In this document: one piece after another, positions 52,274 through 63,049 of the stretch
Numbering within the stretch: position 1 is the first letter of the stretch
Layout: each line of letters opens with the position of its first letter
Source of the DNA: Octopus sinensis
Taxonomy: Eukaryota
Direction: 5' to 3'
Length of the DNA: 64,000 nucleotides
NCBI RefSeq assembly: GCF_006345805.1
Contig: NC_043022.1
Coordinates: 13,454,001 to 13,518,000, forward strand
Notes under the pieces: model-generated
What the model saw: the letters and a program-made list of their open reading frames with translations, nothing else
Databases searched by the model: none
Told to the model about the DNA's origin: nothing
Made by a program: the position numbers and the translations under genes

Positions 52274-55200
52274 GAGAGAGAAGAGCAGTAGATCTTAGGA
52301 TATTCTTTTATTCTTTTACTTGTTTCAGTCATTTGAGTGCAGCCATACTGGAGCACTGCCTTAAAGGTTTTTTTAGTCAACCCCAGGACTTATTCTTTAT
52401 AAGCTTAGTACTTATTCTATCATTCTCTTTCACTGAACAACTAAGTTACAGGGACATAAAGACACCAACTTCAGTTGTCAAGCGATGATGGGAGGATAAA
52501 CACACACACATATATATGTACGTATGACAGGCTTCTTTCAGTTTCCGTCTACCAAATCCACACACTGTAAAGTGGTTGGCATTAGGAAGGGCATCCAGCT
52601 GCAGAAACCTTGCCACAAACGGTAACTGGGGTCTAGACAGCTCCCCGGCTGGCCAGCTCCTGTCAAACCATCCGACCCTTGCCAGCATGAAAAACAGACA
52701 TTAAATGATGATGATAATGACTATGCGTATGAATTAGTGCCAGCCACAAGTGGTATCTTTGCTGTCACGTTCACACCTTGGTAGATACATGAAATAAAGG
52801 ATCCAAGAGTTAGCGACAGTGTAGTTATCCGTGGCTCTTAAACAATACCCCAATAAAAATAATAATAATAATGAAATTATTGTATACAGAGCTCAGGTGC
52901 ACCACAACTTGTCAAAAGTGTGTATAAAAGCATATGCAGTAATGTACAAATGTCTGGGAAGTGAACAGTGTACGAGTCAGATACATGCTTGTGTGTGTAT
53001 GGAGGGGAAGAGAAGATCAGGTGTAGTGTTGGCGAATCCCAGGAAGCATGGAAGTTTTGAAGGATGCAGTGCTCCGACAACTAACAACTGATGCTGGCAG
53101 TTTGTTCCATGCTTCATCGTGTGTATGGAGGGGAAGAGAAGATCAGGTGTAGTGTTGGCGAATCCCAGGAAGCATGGAAGTTTTGAAGGATGCAGTGCTC
53201 CGACAACTAACAACTGATGCTGGCAGTTTGTTCCATGCTTCATCGTGTGTATGGAGGGGAAGAGAAGATCAGGTGTAGTGTTGGCGAATCCCAGGAAGCA
53301 TGGAAGTTTTGAAGGATGCAGTGCTCCGACAATTAACAACTGATGCCAGCAGTTTGTTCCATGCTTCAGCGTGTGTATGGAGGGGAAGAGAAGATCAGGT
53401 GTAGTGTTGGCGAATCCCAGGAAGCATGGAAGTTTTGAAGGATGCAGTGCTCCGACAACTAACAACTGATGCTGGCAGTTTGTTCCATGCTTCAGCGTGT
53501 GTATGGAGGGGAAGAGAAGATCAGGTGTAGTGTTGGCGAATCCCAGGAAGCATGGAAGTTTTGAAGGATGCAGTGCTCCGACAATTAACAACTGATGCCA
53601 GCAGTTTGTTCCATGCTTCAGCGGTGTGTATGGAGGGGAAGAGAAGATCAGGTGTAGTGTTGGCGAATCCCAGGAAGCATGGAGTTTTGAAGGATGCAGT
53701 GCTCCGACAACTAACAACTGATGCTGGCAGTTTGTTCCATGCTTCAGCGGGGTATGGAGGGGAAGAGAGATCAGGTGTAGTGTTGGCGAATCCCAGGAAG
53801 CATGGAAGTTTTGAAGGATGCAGTGCTCCGACAATTAACAACTGATGCCAGCAGTTTGTTCCATGCTTCAGCGTGTGTATGGAGGGGAAGAGAAGATCAG
53901 GTGTAGTGTTGGCGAATCCCAGGAAGCATGGAAGTTTTGAAGGATGCAGTGCTCCGACAACTAACAACTGATGCCAGCAGTTTGTTCCATGCTTCAGCGT
54001 GTGTATGGAGGGGAGAGAAGATCAGGTGTATGTAGTGTTGGCGAATCCAGGAAGCATGGAAGTTTTGAAGGATGCAGTGCTCCGACAACTAACAACTGAT
54101 GCCCGCAGTTTGTTCCATGCTTCAGCGTGTGTGTAGGAGGGAAGAGAAGATCAGGTGTAGTGTTGGCGAATCCCAGGAAGCATGGAAGTTTTGAAGGATG
54201 CAGTGCTCCGACAACTAACAACTGATGCTGGCAGTTTGTTCCATGCTTCATCGTGTGTATGGAGGGGAAGAGACGATCAGGTGTAGTGTTGGCGAATCTC
54301 AGGAAGCATGGAAGTTTTGAAGGATGCAGTGCTCCGACAACTAACAACTGATGCCCGCAGTTTGTTCCATGCTTCAGCGTGTGTATGGAGGGGAAGAGAA
54401 GATCAGGTGTAGTGTTGGCGAATCTCAGGAAGCATGGAAGTTTTGAAGGATGAAGTGCTCCGACAATTAACAACTGATGCAGGCAGTCTGTTCCATGCTT
54501 CATCGTGTGTATGGAGGGGAAGAGAAGATCAGGTGTAGTGTTGGCGAATCTCAGGAAGCATGGAAGTTTTGAAGGATGCAGTGCTCCGACAACTAACAAC
54601 TGATGCTGGCAGTTTGTTCCATGCTTCAGCGTGTGTATGGAGGGGAAGAGAAGATCAGGTGTAGTGTTGGCGAATCCCAGGAAGCATGGAAGTTTTGAAG
54701 GATGCAGTGCTCCGACAACTAACAACTGATGCTGGCAGTTTGTTCCATGCTTCAGCGTGTGTATGGAGGGGAAGAGAAGATCAGGTGTAGTGTTGGCGAA
54801 TCCCAGGAAGCATGGAAGTTTTGAAGGATGAAGTGCTCCGACAACTAACAACTGATGCTGGCAGTTTGTTCCATGCTTCATCGTGTGTATGGAGGGGAAG
54901 AGAAGATCAGGTGTAGTGTTGGCGAATCCCAGGAAGCATGGAAGTTTTGAAGGATGAAGTGCTCCGACAACTAACAACTGATGCTGGCAGTTTGTTCCAT
55001 GCTTCAGCGTGTGTATGGAGGGGAAGAGAAGATCAGGTGTAGTGTTGGCGAATCCCAGGAAGCATGGAAGTTTTGAAGGATGAAGTGCTCCGACAACTAA
55101 CAACTGATGCTGGCAGTTTGTTCCATGCTTCAGCGTGTGTATGGAGGGGAAGAGAAGATCAGGTGTAGTGTTGGCGAATCCAGGAAGCATGGAAGTTTTG

Positions 55201-58200
55201 AAGGATGAAGTGCTCCGACAACTAACAACTGATGCTGGCAGTTTGTTCCATGCTTCAGCGTGTGTATGGAGGGGAAGAGAAGATCAGGTGTAGTGTTGGC
55301 GAATCCAGGAAGCATGGAAGTTTTGAAGGATGAAGTGCTCCGACAACTAACAAATGATGCTGGCAGTTGTTCCATGCTTCAGCGTGTGTATGGAGGGGAA
55401 GAGAAGATCAGGTGTAGTGTTGGCGAATCCCAGGAAGCATGGAAGTTTTGAAGGATGAAGTGCTCCGACAACTAACAACTGATGCTGGCAGTTTGTTCCA
55501 TGCTTCAGCGTGTGTATGGAGGGGAGGAAGAGAAGATCAGGTGTAGTGTTGGCGAATCCCAGGAAGCATGGAAGTTTTGAAGGATGAAGTGCTCCGACAA
55601 CTAACAACTGATGCTGGCAGTTTGTTCCATGCTTCAGCGTGTGTATGGAGGGGAAGAGAAGATCAGGTGTAGTGTTGGCGAATCCCAGGAAGCATGGAAG
55701 TTTTGAAGGATGCAGTGCTCCGACAACTAAAAACTGATGCTGGCAGTTTGTTCCATGCTTCATGTGTGTATGGAGGGGAAGAGAAGATCAGGTGTAGTGT
55801 TGGCGAATCCCAGGAAGCATGGAAGTTTTGAAGGATGAAGTGCTCCGACAACTAACAACTGATGCCGGCAGTTTGTTCCATGCTTCAGCGTGTGTATGGA
55901 GGGGAAGAGATCAGGTGTTGTGTTGGCGAATCCCAGGAAGCATGGAAGTTTTGAAGGATGAAGTGCTCCGACAACTAACAACTGATGCTGGCAGTTTGTT
56001 CCTGCTCATCGTGTGTATGGAGGGGAAGAGAAGATCAGGTGTAGTGTTGGCGAATCCCAGGAAGCATGGAAGTTTTGAAGGATGAAGTGCTCCGACAACT
56101 AACTGATGCCGGCAGTTTGTTCCATGCTTCAGCGTGTGTATGGAGGGGAAGAGATCAGGTGTTGTGTTGGCGAATCCCAGGAAGCATGGAAGTTTTGAAG
56201 GATGCAGTGCTCCGACAACTAACAACTGATGCCGGCAGTTTGTTCCATGCTTCAGCGTGTGTATGGAGGGGAAGAGATCAGGTGTTGTGTTGGCGAATCC
56301 CAGGAAGCATGGAAGTTTTGAAGGATGAAGTGCTCCGACAACTAACAACTGATGCTGGCAGTTTGTTCCATGCTTCATCGTGTGTATGGAGGGGAAGAGA
56401 AGATCATGTGTAGTGTTGGCGAATCCCAGGAAGCATGGAAGTTTTGAAGGATGCAGTTGCTCCGACAACTAACAACTGATGCCGGCAGTTAGTTCCATGC
56501 TTCAGCGTGTGTATGGAGGGGAAGAGATCAGGTGTTGTGTTGGCGAATCCAGGAAGGAAGCATGGAGTTTTGAAGGATGAAGTGCTCCGACACAACTAAC
56601 AACTGATGCTGGCAGTTTGTTCCATGCTTCATCGTGTGTATGGAGGGGAAGAGAAGATCAGGTGTAGTGTTGGCGAATCCCAGGAAGCATGGAAGTTTTG
56701 AAGGATGAAGTGCTCCGACAACTAACAACTGATGCTGGCAGTTTGTTCCATGCTTCATCGTGTGTATGGAGGGGAAGAGAAGATCAGGTGTAGTGTTGCC
56801 GACCGATCTCAGAAAGCATGGAAGTTTGAAGAGATGAAGTGCTCCGACAACTAACAACTGATGCCGGCAGTTTGTTCTATGCTTCAGCGTGTGTATGGAG
56901 GGGAAGAGAAGATCAGGTGTAGTGTTGCCGAATCTCAGAAAGCATGGAAGTTTTGAAGGATGAAGTGCTCCGACAACTAACAACTGATGCTGGCAGTTTG
57001 TTCCATGCTTCATCGTGTGTATGGAGGGGAAGAGAAGATCAGGTGTAGTGTTGCCGAATCTCAGAAAGCATGGAAGTTTTGAAGGATGCAGTGCTCCGAC
57101 AACTAACAACTGATGCCGGCAGTTTGTTCTATGCTTCAGCGTGTGTATGGAGGGGAAGAGATCAGGTGTTGTGTTGGCGAATCCCAGGAAGCATGGAAGT
57201 TTTGAAGGATGCAGTGCTCCGACAACTAACAACTGATGCCGGCAGTTTGTTCCATGCTTCAGCGTGTGTATGGAGGGGAAGAGAAGATCAGGTGTAGTGT
57301 TGGCGAATCTCAGGAAGCATGGAAGTTTTGAAGGATGCAGTGCTCCGACAACTAACAACTGATGCCGGCAGTTTGTTCCATACTTCAGCGTGTGTATGGA
57401 GGAGAAGAGAAGATCAGGTGTAGTGTTGGCGAATCTCAGGAAGCATGGAAGTTTTGAAGGATGCAGTGCTCCGACAACTAACAACTGATGCCGGCAGTTT
57501 GTTCTATGCTTCAGCGTGTGTATGGAGGGGAAAAGAGATCAGGTGTTGTGTTGGCGAATCCCAGGAAGCATGGAAGTTTTGAAGGATGCAGTGCTCCGAC
57601 AACTAACAACTGATGCCGGCAGTTGTTCCATGCTTCAGCGTGTGTATGGAGGGGAAGAGAAGATCAGGTGTAGTGTTGGCGAATCTCAGGAAGCATGGAA
57701 GTTTTGAAGGATGCAGTGCTCCGACAACTAACAACTGATGCCGGCAGTTGTTCCATACTTCAGCGTGTGTATGGAGGAGAAGAGAAGATCAGGTGTAGTG
57801 TTGGCGAATCTCAGGAAGCATGGAAGTTTTGAAGGATGCAGTGCTCCGACAACTAACACTGATGCCGGCAGTTTGTTCCATGCTTCAGCGTGTGTATGGA
57901 GGGGAGAAGATCAGGTGTAGTGTTGGCGAATCTCAGGAAGCATGGAAGTTTTGAAGGATGCAGTGCTCCGACAACTAACAACTGATGCCCGCAGTTTGTT
58001 CCATGCTTCAGCGTGTGTATGGAGGGGAAGAGAAGATCAGGTGTAGTGTTGGCGAATCCCAGGAAGCATGGAAGTTTTGAAGGATGCAGTGCTCCGACAA
58101 TTAACAACTGATGCTGGCACTTTGTTCCATGCTTCAGCGTGCGTATGGAGGGGAAGAGAAGATCAGGCGTAGTGTTGGCGAATCCCAGGAAGCATGGAAG

Positions 58201-61200
58201 TTTTGAAGGATGCAGTGCTCCGACAATTAACAACTGATGCTGGCAGTTTGTTCCATGCTTCAGCGTGTGTATGGAGGGGAAGAGAAGATCAGGTGTAGTG
58301 TTGGCGAATCCCAGGAAGCATGGAAGTTTTGAAGGATGCAGTGCTCCGACAACTAACAACTGATGCCGGCAGTTTGTTCCATGCTTCAGCGTGTGTATGG
58401 AGGGGAAGAGAAGATCAGGTGTAGTGTTGGCGAATCCCAGGAAGCATGGAAGTTTTGAAGGATGCAGTGCTCCGACAACTAACAACTGATGCCGGCAGTT
58501 TGTTCCATGCTTCAGCGTGTGTATGGAGGGGAAGAGAAGACCAGGTGTAGTGTTGGCGAATCTCAGAAAGCATGGAAGTTTTGAAGGATGCAGTGCTCCG
58601 ACAATTAACAACTGATGCTGGCAGTTTGTTCCATGCTTCAGCGTGTGTATGGAGGGGAAGAGAAGATCAGGTGTAGTGTTGGCGAATCTCAGGAAGCATG
58701 GATTTTTTGAAGGATGCAGTGATCCGACAACTAACAACCGACGCCGGCATTTTGTTCCGTGCTTCAGCGTGTGTATGGAGGGAAAGAGAAGATCAGGTGT
58801 AGTGTTGGCGAATCTCAGGAAGCATGGAAGTTTTGAAGGATGCAGTGATCCGACAACTAACAACCGACGCCGGCAGTTTGTTCCATGCTTCAGCGTGTGT
58901 ATGGAAGGGAAGAGAAGATCAGGTGTAGTGTTGGTGAATCTCAGGAAGCACGGAAGTTTTGAAGGATGCAGTGCTCCAACAACTAACAACTGATGCCGGC
59001 AGTTTGTTCCATGCTTCAGCGTGTGTATGGAGGGGAGGAGAAGATCAGGTGTAGTGTTGGTGAATCTCAGGAAGCACGGAAGTTTTGAAGGATGCAGTGC
59101 TCCAACAACTAACAACTGATGCCGGCAGTTTGTTCCATGCTTCAGCGTGTGTATGGAGGGGAGGAGAAGATCAGGTGTAGTGTTGGCGAATCCCAGGAAG
59201 CATGGAAGTTTTGAAGGATGCAGTGCTCCGACAATTAACAACTGATGCTGGCAGTTTGTTCCATGCTTCAGCGTGTGTATGGAGGGGAAGAGAAGATCAG
59301 GTGTAGTGTTGGCGAATCCCAGGAAGCATGGAAGTTTTGAAGGATGCAGTGCTCCGACAATTAACAACTGATGCTGGCAGTTTGTTCCATGCTTCAGCGT
59401 GTGTATGGAGGGGAAGAGAAGATCAGGTGTAGTGTTGGCGAATCCCAGGAAGCATGGAAGTTTTGAAGGATGCAGTGCTCCGACAATTAACAACTGATGC
59501 TGGCAGTTTGTTCCATGCTTCAGCAACTCTCAGTGTGAAAAAATGTTTCCTAAAGTCACGGGAGCTGTGCTGTTTTCTGACTTTGTAAAACATGTCCACG
59601 GGTGTTATACTCCCCGAACTCATGCGAACATGGAAAACTGACTGTAAAACCAAACAAATGGATGAACAGAATGCATCCGAAGCTGGGTCTTGTTGGAAGA
59701 AAAGGTTTGCATTTGTTTTGAGAAATATATTTTACTCACCTTTGGTATTTGTAAGATGACACCAAAAGCGCTGAATGTGTCGTATAATAACTTTTCATCA
59801 ACTTCTGGATCCAGGTTACCAATGAAGATGTTGGCCCCAACATCGAGGTTTTTCTGATGGGCTGATGCCTGCAAATAAACAATAGCAAATAATGATGATA
59901 ATACTAACGATAATCGTAATCGTAAAAATAATAATCCTTTCTTTTATAGCCAGAAAGCCTGAAATTTTGGAGGAAAGGGGCCAGTCGATTGGATGCTGGA
60001 AAGTATCTTGGGTAATATATATATATAGTGTAGTAACATGGCAGTCCTGGTTTAGGACTAATGTTGCTGTAATTTAGCCCCAGGAGACATCTGTGTCCTT
60101 ATATTTTCGAACAAGGGAATCTAGCCCCCCACTCAGCTCAAAACAATATCTGTGTATCATGATTTCTGGGTTATTACCCTTCGTTGGCACAGAATAATTG
60201 TTCGGCTAGAGGTGGCGCTGCCAAGTTCCCATTCGAAATATTTAGTTTTCAGAGTGGCAACTGTTGCTGAATATCTCACGTGAGATTTAAAAATAGTAAT
60301 TTTCTGATATCCTCTTTACTCTTTTACTTGTTTCAGTCATTTGACTGTGGCCATGCTGGTGCACCACCTTTAGTTAAGCAAATCGATCCCGGGACTTATT
60401 CTTTGTAAGCCTAGTACTTATTCTATTGGTCTCTTTTGCCGAACCGCTACGTTACAGGGATGTAAACACACCAGCATCGGTTGTGAAGTGATGTTGGGGC
60501 GACAAACACAGACACAAAAACATATACGCACACATACATACATATATATGACGGGCTTCTTTCAGTTTCCGTCTACCAAATCCACTCACAAGTCTTTGGT
60601 CGGCCCGAGGCTATAGAAGATACTTGCCCAAGGTGCCACGCAGTGGGACTGAACCCGGAACCATGTGGTTCATAAGCAAGCTACTTACCACACAGCCACT
60701 CTTACGGGTACTTTTTTTCTCAGCCTTACATTTGCTTCCATTTAAACCCCTTAGGTCTGTTGGTCCCACAAATAGCTCCTTTGAAACGTGGCCATGCATT
60801 CAGATTAAATGCGGTGGTGCTAGAGGGGTTAGAGGGGACAATGGAATACTCACCTTGTTTACTCGTATCGGTTTGCCATACAGTTTGATCATGTTCATTA
60901 TCTTTATGGCGTAGTCTGCGTCTTCTTCTCCCATGAACTCAACGAACCCATATCCTTGGTGGCTCTGAGTGACTCGGTCTTTAGGCATATGTACATTAAC
61001 TGCAGAATAGAACAGACAACAAAAAAGAAACAATTAAACATAATAATACTAGTGTTTTTCTCTGTCACAGCATATGAATGAGAAAGGAAGGGGTGAAGGC
61101 AAACTGGTATATATATCTGGCCCCCATGCCGGTGGCACATAAAAAGCACCATCCGTTCGTGGCCGTTTGCCAGCTCTGTCTGGCACCTGTGCGGGTGGCA

Positions 61201-61375
61201 CGTAAAAAGCACCCACTACACTCACGGAGTGGTTGGCGTTAGGAAGGGCATCCAGCCGTAGAAACACTGCCAGATTTGACTAGGCCTGATGAAGCCTTCT
61301 GGCTTCACAGACCCCAGTTGAACCGTCCAACTCATGCTAGCATGGAAAACGGACGCTAAATGATGATGATGATGA

Positions 61376-61409
<34 letters not shown>

Positions 61410-62067
61410 ACATTTAAATAATGAGGGAGATATATTGAATATTAATTTAATTAATATCAATTTAAAACCAGTAGCCTAGCAAACAAAAATCTGAAGAATC
61501 AGAGAAAATTCTAATACATGTGTATATTTAAAGGGCTAAAAAACCACTATGTGGACAGCCATATGCTAGAAGTAGATCACCTGCGATCAAACTACAAAGA
61601 AAAGAATGTTCTCTAGAGAAAAATTCAGCCGACACCAGAACAATATGCAGGCAAGACAGATGAAAATTATATAAAAAACAAGAATTAATCGCAGACCTAG
61701 TTTTCGCCTATTAACGAATGAATCACTTACGTAATCCCTCGGTGAAACTAAGCACGTGTCTGTTTTATATGGAAAACTGGTGGTTAGTTTTACAAATTAC
61801 ATTACCTGTGGAACAATCGTACTGACGAGCCCTACGGACGAGGGATTACGTAAGTGATTCATTTGTTAATAGGCGAAAACTAGGTCTGCGATTAATTCTT
61901 GTTTTTTATATAATTTTCATCTGTCTTTTTTCGCATATTGTTCTGGTGTCGGCTGAATTTTTCTCTAGAGAACATTCTTTTCTTTGTAGTTTGATTGCAG
62001 GTGATCTACTTCTAGCATATGGCTGACCACATAGTGGTTTTTTACGCCTTTAATATATATATGTATA

Positions 62068-62118
<51 letters not shown>

Positions 62119-62383
62119 GGCTTCTTTCAGTGTCCACAACTGTAGTAGAAGACATTTGACCAAGGTGCCACGCAATGAGATTGAACCTGAAACCACTTGG
62201 TTTGGAAATAAACTTCTTAAAGAAAAAATGAAAGTAATGAAACGAATAAAATCTAAAATGTGAACTGAAATAAACTGACGAAACAAAATCTTGTCTTACC
62301 GACAGGTCCTGCTTGTAGGAATAATTCCCACAAAATTGCTTCTGTAACTTTTTCATCAAGACTGCCAACATAGACTGTGGCAT
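37996..62383 (-). CDS. SF3B4: Splicing factor 3B subunit 4 (SAP49), gene span; two RRMs plus Pro-rich tail; first coding exon lies beyond the right edge
   Basis: Spliced translation [50 protein letters not shown]...[61 protein letters not shown]...[11 protein letters not shown] is nearly identical to SF3B4. Confidence 0.97.
38330..38572. repeat. CT-rich minisatellite (TCTTCCCACAGC.TCCCC...) in the last SF3B4 intron
   Basis: ~8 imperfect 25-38 bp units. Confidence 0.85.
38693..38851 (-). CDS. SF3B4: SF3B4 Pro-rich exon (159 nt)
   Basis: tgtAG|(G)[52 protein letters not shown]|GTAAAT; phase 1-1. Confidence 0.87.
39046..39080 (-). ncRNA. Minimal hammerhead ribozyme motif with variant CCGACGA core, sense to SF3B4 pre-mRNA
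   Basis: minus strand GTTT-CCGACGA-AGAG-TTCCG-CTC-GAAA-CG-TT-AAAC; AACGTT palindrome at stem III. Confidence 0.55.
39421..39468 (+). ncRNA. Compact hammerhead ribozyme motif with variant CCGACGA core
   Basis: AAAACTGT-CCGACGA-ACG-GGAA-CGT-GAAA-CTCAGAG-TA-ACAGGTTTT. Confidence 0.65.
40560..40862. mobile_element. Foldback/MITE with long imperfect TIRs
   Basis: GTGGAGTGAAA...GAAAATGCCCGAGG...AATTTTCGCT.AGATCAAGGG versus CCCTTGA..GATCTAAGCGAAAATT...CCTCGGGCATTTTC...TTTCACTCCAC. Confidence 0.7.
41366..41485 (-). CDS. SF3B4: SF3B4 Pro-rich exon (120 nt)
   Basis: tgcAG|(G)[39 protein letters not shown]|GTAAGT; phase 1-1. Confidence 0.86.
43238..43402 (-). CDS. SF3B4: SF3B4 Pro-rich exon (165 nt)
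   Basis: ttcAG|(G)[54 protein letters not shown]|GTAAGT; phase 1-1. Confidence 0.87.
44655..45050 (-). mobile_element. Representative tRNA-derived SINE (Octopus OK/OR-like), many copies
   Basis: A/B-box-like TGGCTGTGTGG...GGTTCAGTCCC, core GGGCAAGTGTCTTCT, internal (TG)n, tail GACTGAAACAAGTAAAAGAG; copies at 18560-18932, 41953-42345, 50443-50856, 60312-60705 etc. Confidence 0.8.
45441..46270. mobile_element. hAT-type MITE with 8-bp TSD (GTTTAGAG) whose left junction is amplified as a 99-bp tandem repeat x7
   Basis: TIRs CAG(T/G)GCTTTTCAA / TTGAAAACCACTG; GTTTAGAG at 45441-45448 and 46263-46270; units start every 99 bp from 45442 to 46036. Confidence 0.85.
46408..46593 (-). CDS. SF3B4: SF3B4 exon (186 nt)
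   Basis: ttcAG|(E)[61 protein letters not shown]|GTAAGT. Confidence 0.93.
46840..46953 (+). ncRNA. Type I hammerhead ribozyme motif (Penelope-like minimal HHR)
   Basis: AGAC-CTGATGA-GTG...(AT-rich)...CAC-GAAA-CACGTG-TA-GTCT: intact core, stem I AGAC/GTCT, stem II GTG/CAC, palindromic loop III. Confidence 0.8.
47340..50266 (+). mobile_element. RTE-clade LINE, 5'-truncated and frameshifted, with long repetitive 3' UTR and (GAT)n tail; antisense in a SF3B4 intron
   Basis: RT motifs [69 protein letters not shown]; C-terminal RLRWYGHV...[10 protein letters not shown]; ORF split at ~47640, ~47780, ~48750. Confidence 0.93.
49540..49980 (+). repeat. ~180-bp internal tandem triplication in the RTE 3' UTR, with (GAAATC)n runs
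   Basis: GAAGACATGTTGGGGCAAGCGAAATCGAAATCG...CCAGGATCCCTGG recurs at ~49550, ~49720, ~49886. Confidence 0.85.
51064..51244 (-). CDS. SF3B4: SF3B4 exon (RRM2, 181 nt)
   Basis: tttAG|[60 protein letters not shown]|GTGAGG. Confidence 0.95.
51310..51612 (+). mobile_element. RTE-type LINE 3' fragment
   Basis: [26 protein letters not shown]...STTVEQ*. Confidence 0.8.
51877..52220. mobile_element. hAT-type MITE with 8-bp TSD CTATAGAT
   Basis: CTATAGAT-CAGTGTTTCTC...GAGAAACACTG-CTATAGAT. Confidence 0.85.
52857..59610 (-). mobile_element. 5'-truncated CR1/L2-clade LINE 3' end hosting the tandem array
   Basis: NTRGH (frameshift) [46 protein letters not shown] resembles the CR1 ORF2 C-terminus; 3' UTR at 52870-52992 ends in an (ATT)n tail on the minus strand. 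Confidence 0.75.
52993..59524. repeat. 126-bp-unit tandem array (~52 copies) in a SF3B4 intron
   Basis: Unit GTGTGTATGGAGGGGAAGAGAAGATCAGGTGTAGTGTTGGCGAATCCCAGGAAGCATGGAAG...CCATGCTTCAGC; starts at 52993 and 53119 give period 126; 42-aa periodicity in the ORF track. Confidence 0.97.
59740..59868 (-). CDS. SF3B4: SF3B4 exon (RRM2 start, 129 nt)
   Basis: tgcAG|[43 protein letters not shown]|GTGAGT. Confidence 0.95.
60854..60999 (-). CDS. SF3B4: SF3B4 exon (RRM1, 146 nt)
   Basis: tgcAG|(V)[48 protein letters not shown]|GTGAGT. Confidence 0.95.
61400..62052. mobile_element. (TA)n-embedded non-autonomous element with ~210-bp inverted arms and a hammerhead (Penelope-like pLTR remnant)
   Basis: Arms ~61529-61741 and ~61839-62052 are near-perfect reverse complements; TA microsatellites flank both sides. 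Confidence 0.6.
61815..61893 (+). ncRNA. Type I hammerhead ribozyme motif
   Basis: AATCGTA-CTGACGA-GCC...GGC-GAAA-ACTAGG-TC-TGCGATT; 7-bp stem I (one G.U); stem III imperfect (apparent extra A). Confidence 0.68.
62300..62383 (-). CDS. SF3B4: SF3B4 exon (RRM1 start, 84 nt)
   Basis: ttcAG|(D)[27 protein letters not shown]|GTAAGA. Confidence 0.94.
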
Positions 62384-62419
62384 CTGAAATGAGATAAAAA
62401 TTAAATTTCCATTAAGCCT

Positions 62420-62915
62420 TTAGCATTTAAAGCAGCCAAAATATTCTGGCCAAATCCAACATCTCACACCTACCCCACACGTGACAGCAGTCATTCGACA
62501 TAGGCCCACGGTCGGAAATGGTTGGACACTGTACGAGTGCATGCAGGATGGTTTCATCGCTCCGACCACATCCCAGACTGGTTGGCCTGTGTTTCTCAAG
62601 CCATGCCTGTAGAGCTTATCCCGAATGGATAGCGCTTCTTGATAGCACTGCCAGGCCAGAGATCTTTGGAAGTTGTCCATAGATCCCGGCCCAAAAGTTG
62701 TCTTGAACAGGCGGGTCAGGTATTCTTCGTTGGTGCCCAGGTTTGCTTCGAGATCGTCATCGTACCTCCCCTCCACTAATCCCCTGTAGAATGCTTTGGT
62801 TGTGTTGAAGTCGCTCAAGGTCAACCCTCGACGGGATTTCAACTCTGAAAGCAAAGGGCTGGTATGAAATAGCTCACGGTGTTTCACCTTCCATTCTGAC
62901 CCTTCCGCCAATTTG
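62420..62915 (-). mobile_element. Degenerate L1/Tx1-like LINE ORF2 C-terminal fragment
   Basis: TTKAFYRGL...NFQRSLAWQCYQEALSIRDKLYRHG followed by a frameshifted Cys/His region, zf-RVT-like. Confidence 0.55.
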
Positions 62916-63049
62916 CCTGTGTTCCCTATACATATATATAGGAAAGGTCCAGGGGAATAATTACAATGTAGCTAAATGTTGCTTAAGTGTCCTAGGACAC
63001 AATGATCACACTTGTGCGTGATCTGATTCCGCATAAGTCATATTTAGGA

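Noticed and set aside
52993-59524. CRISPR-like regular repeats
   Set aside because: Head-to-tail units with no unique spacers, eukaryotic context, no cas genes.
57853-59526. 557-aa ORF (and 398-, 318-, 285-aa ORFs) with 42-aa periodicity
   Set aside because: By-product of a stop-free frame in the 126-bp tandem unit; it is not the LINE's coding frame, is repeatedly broken by indels, and lies in an intron.
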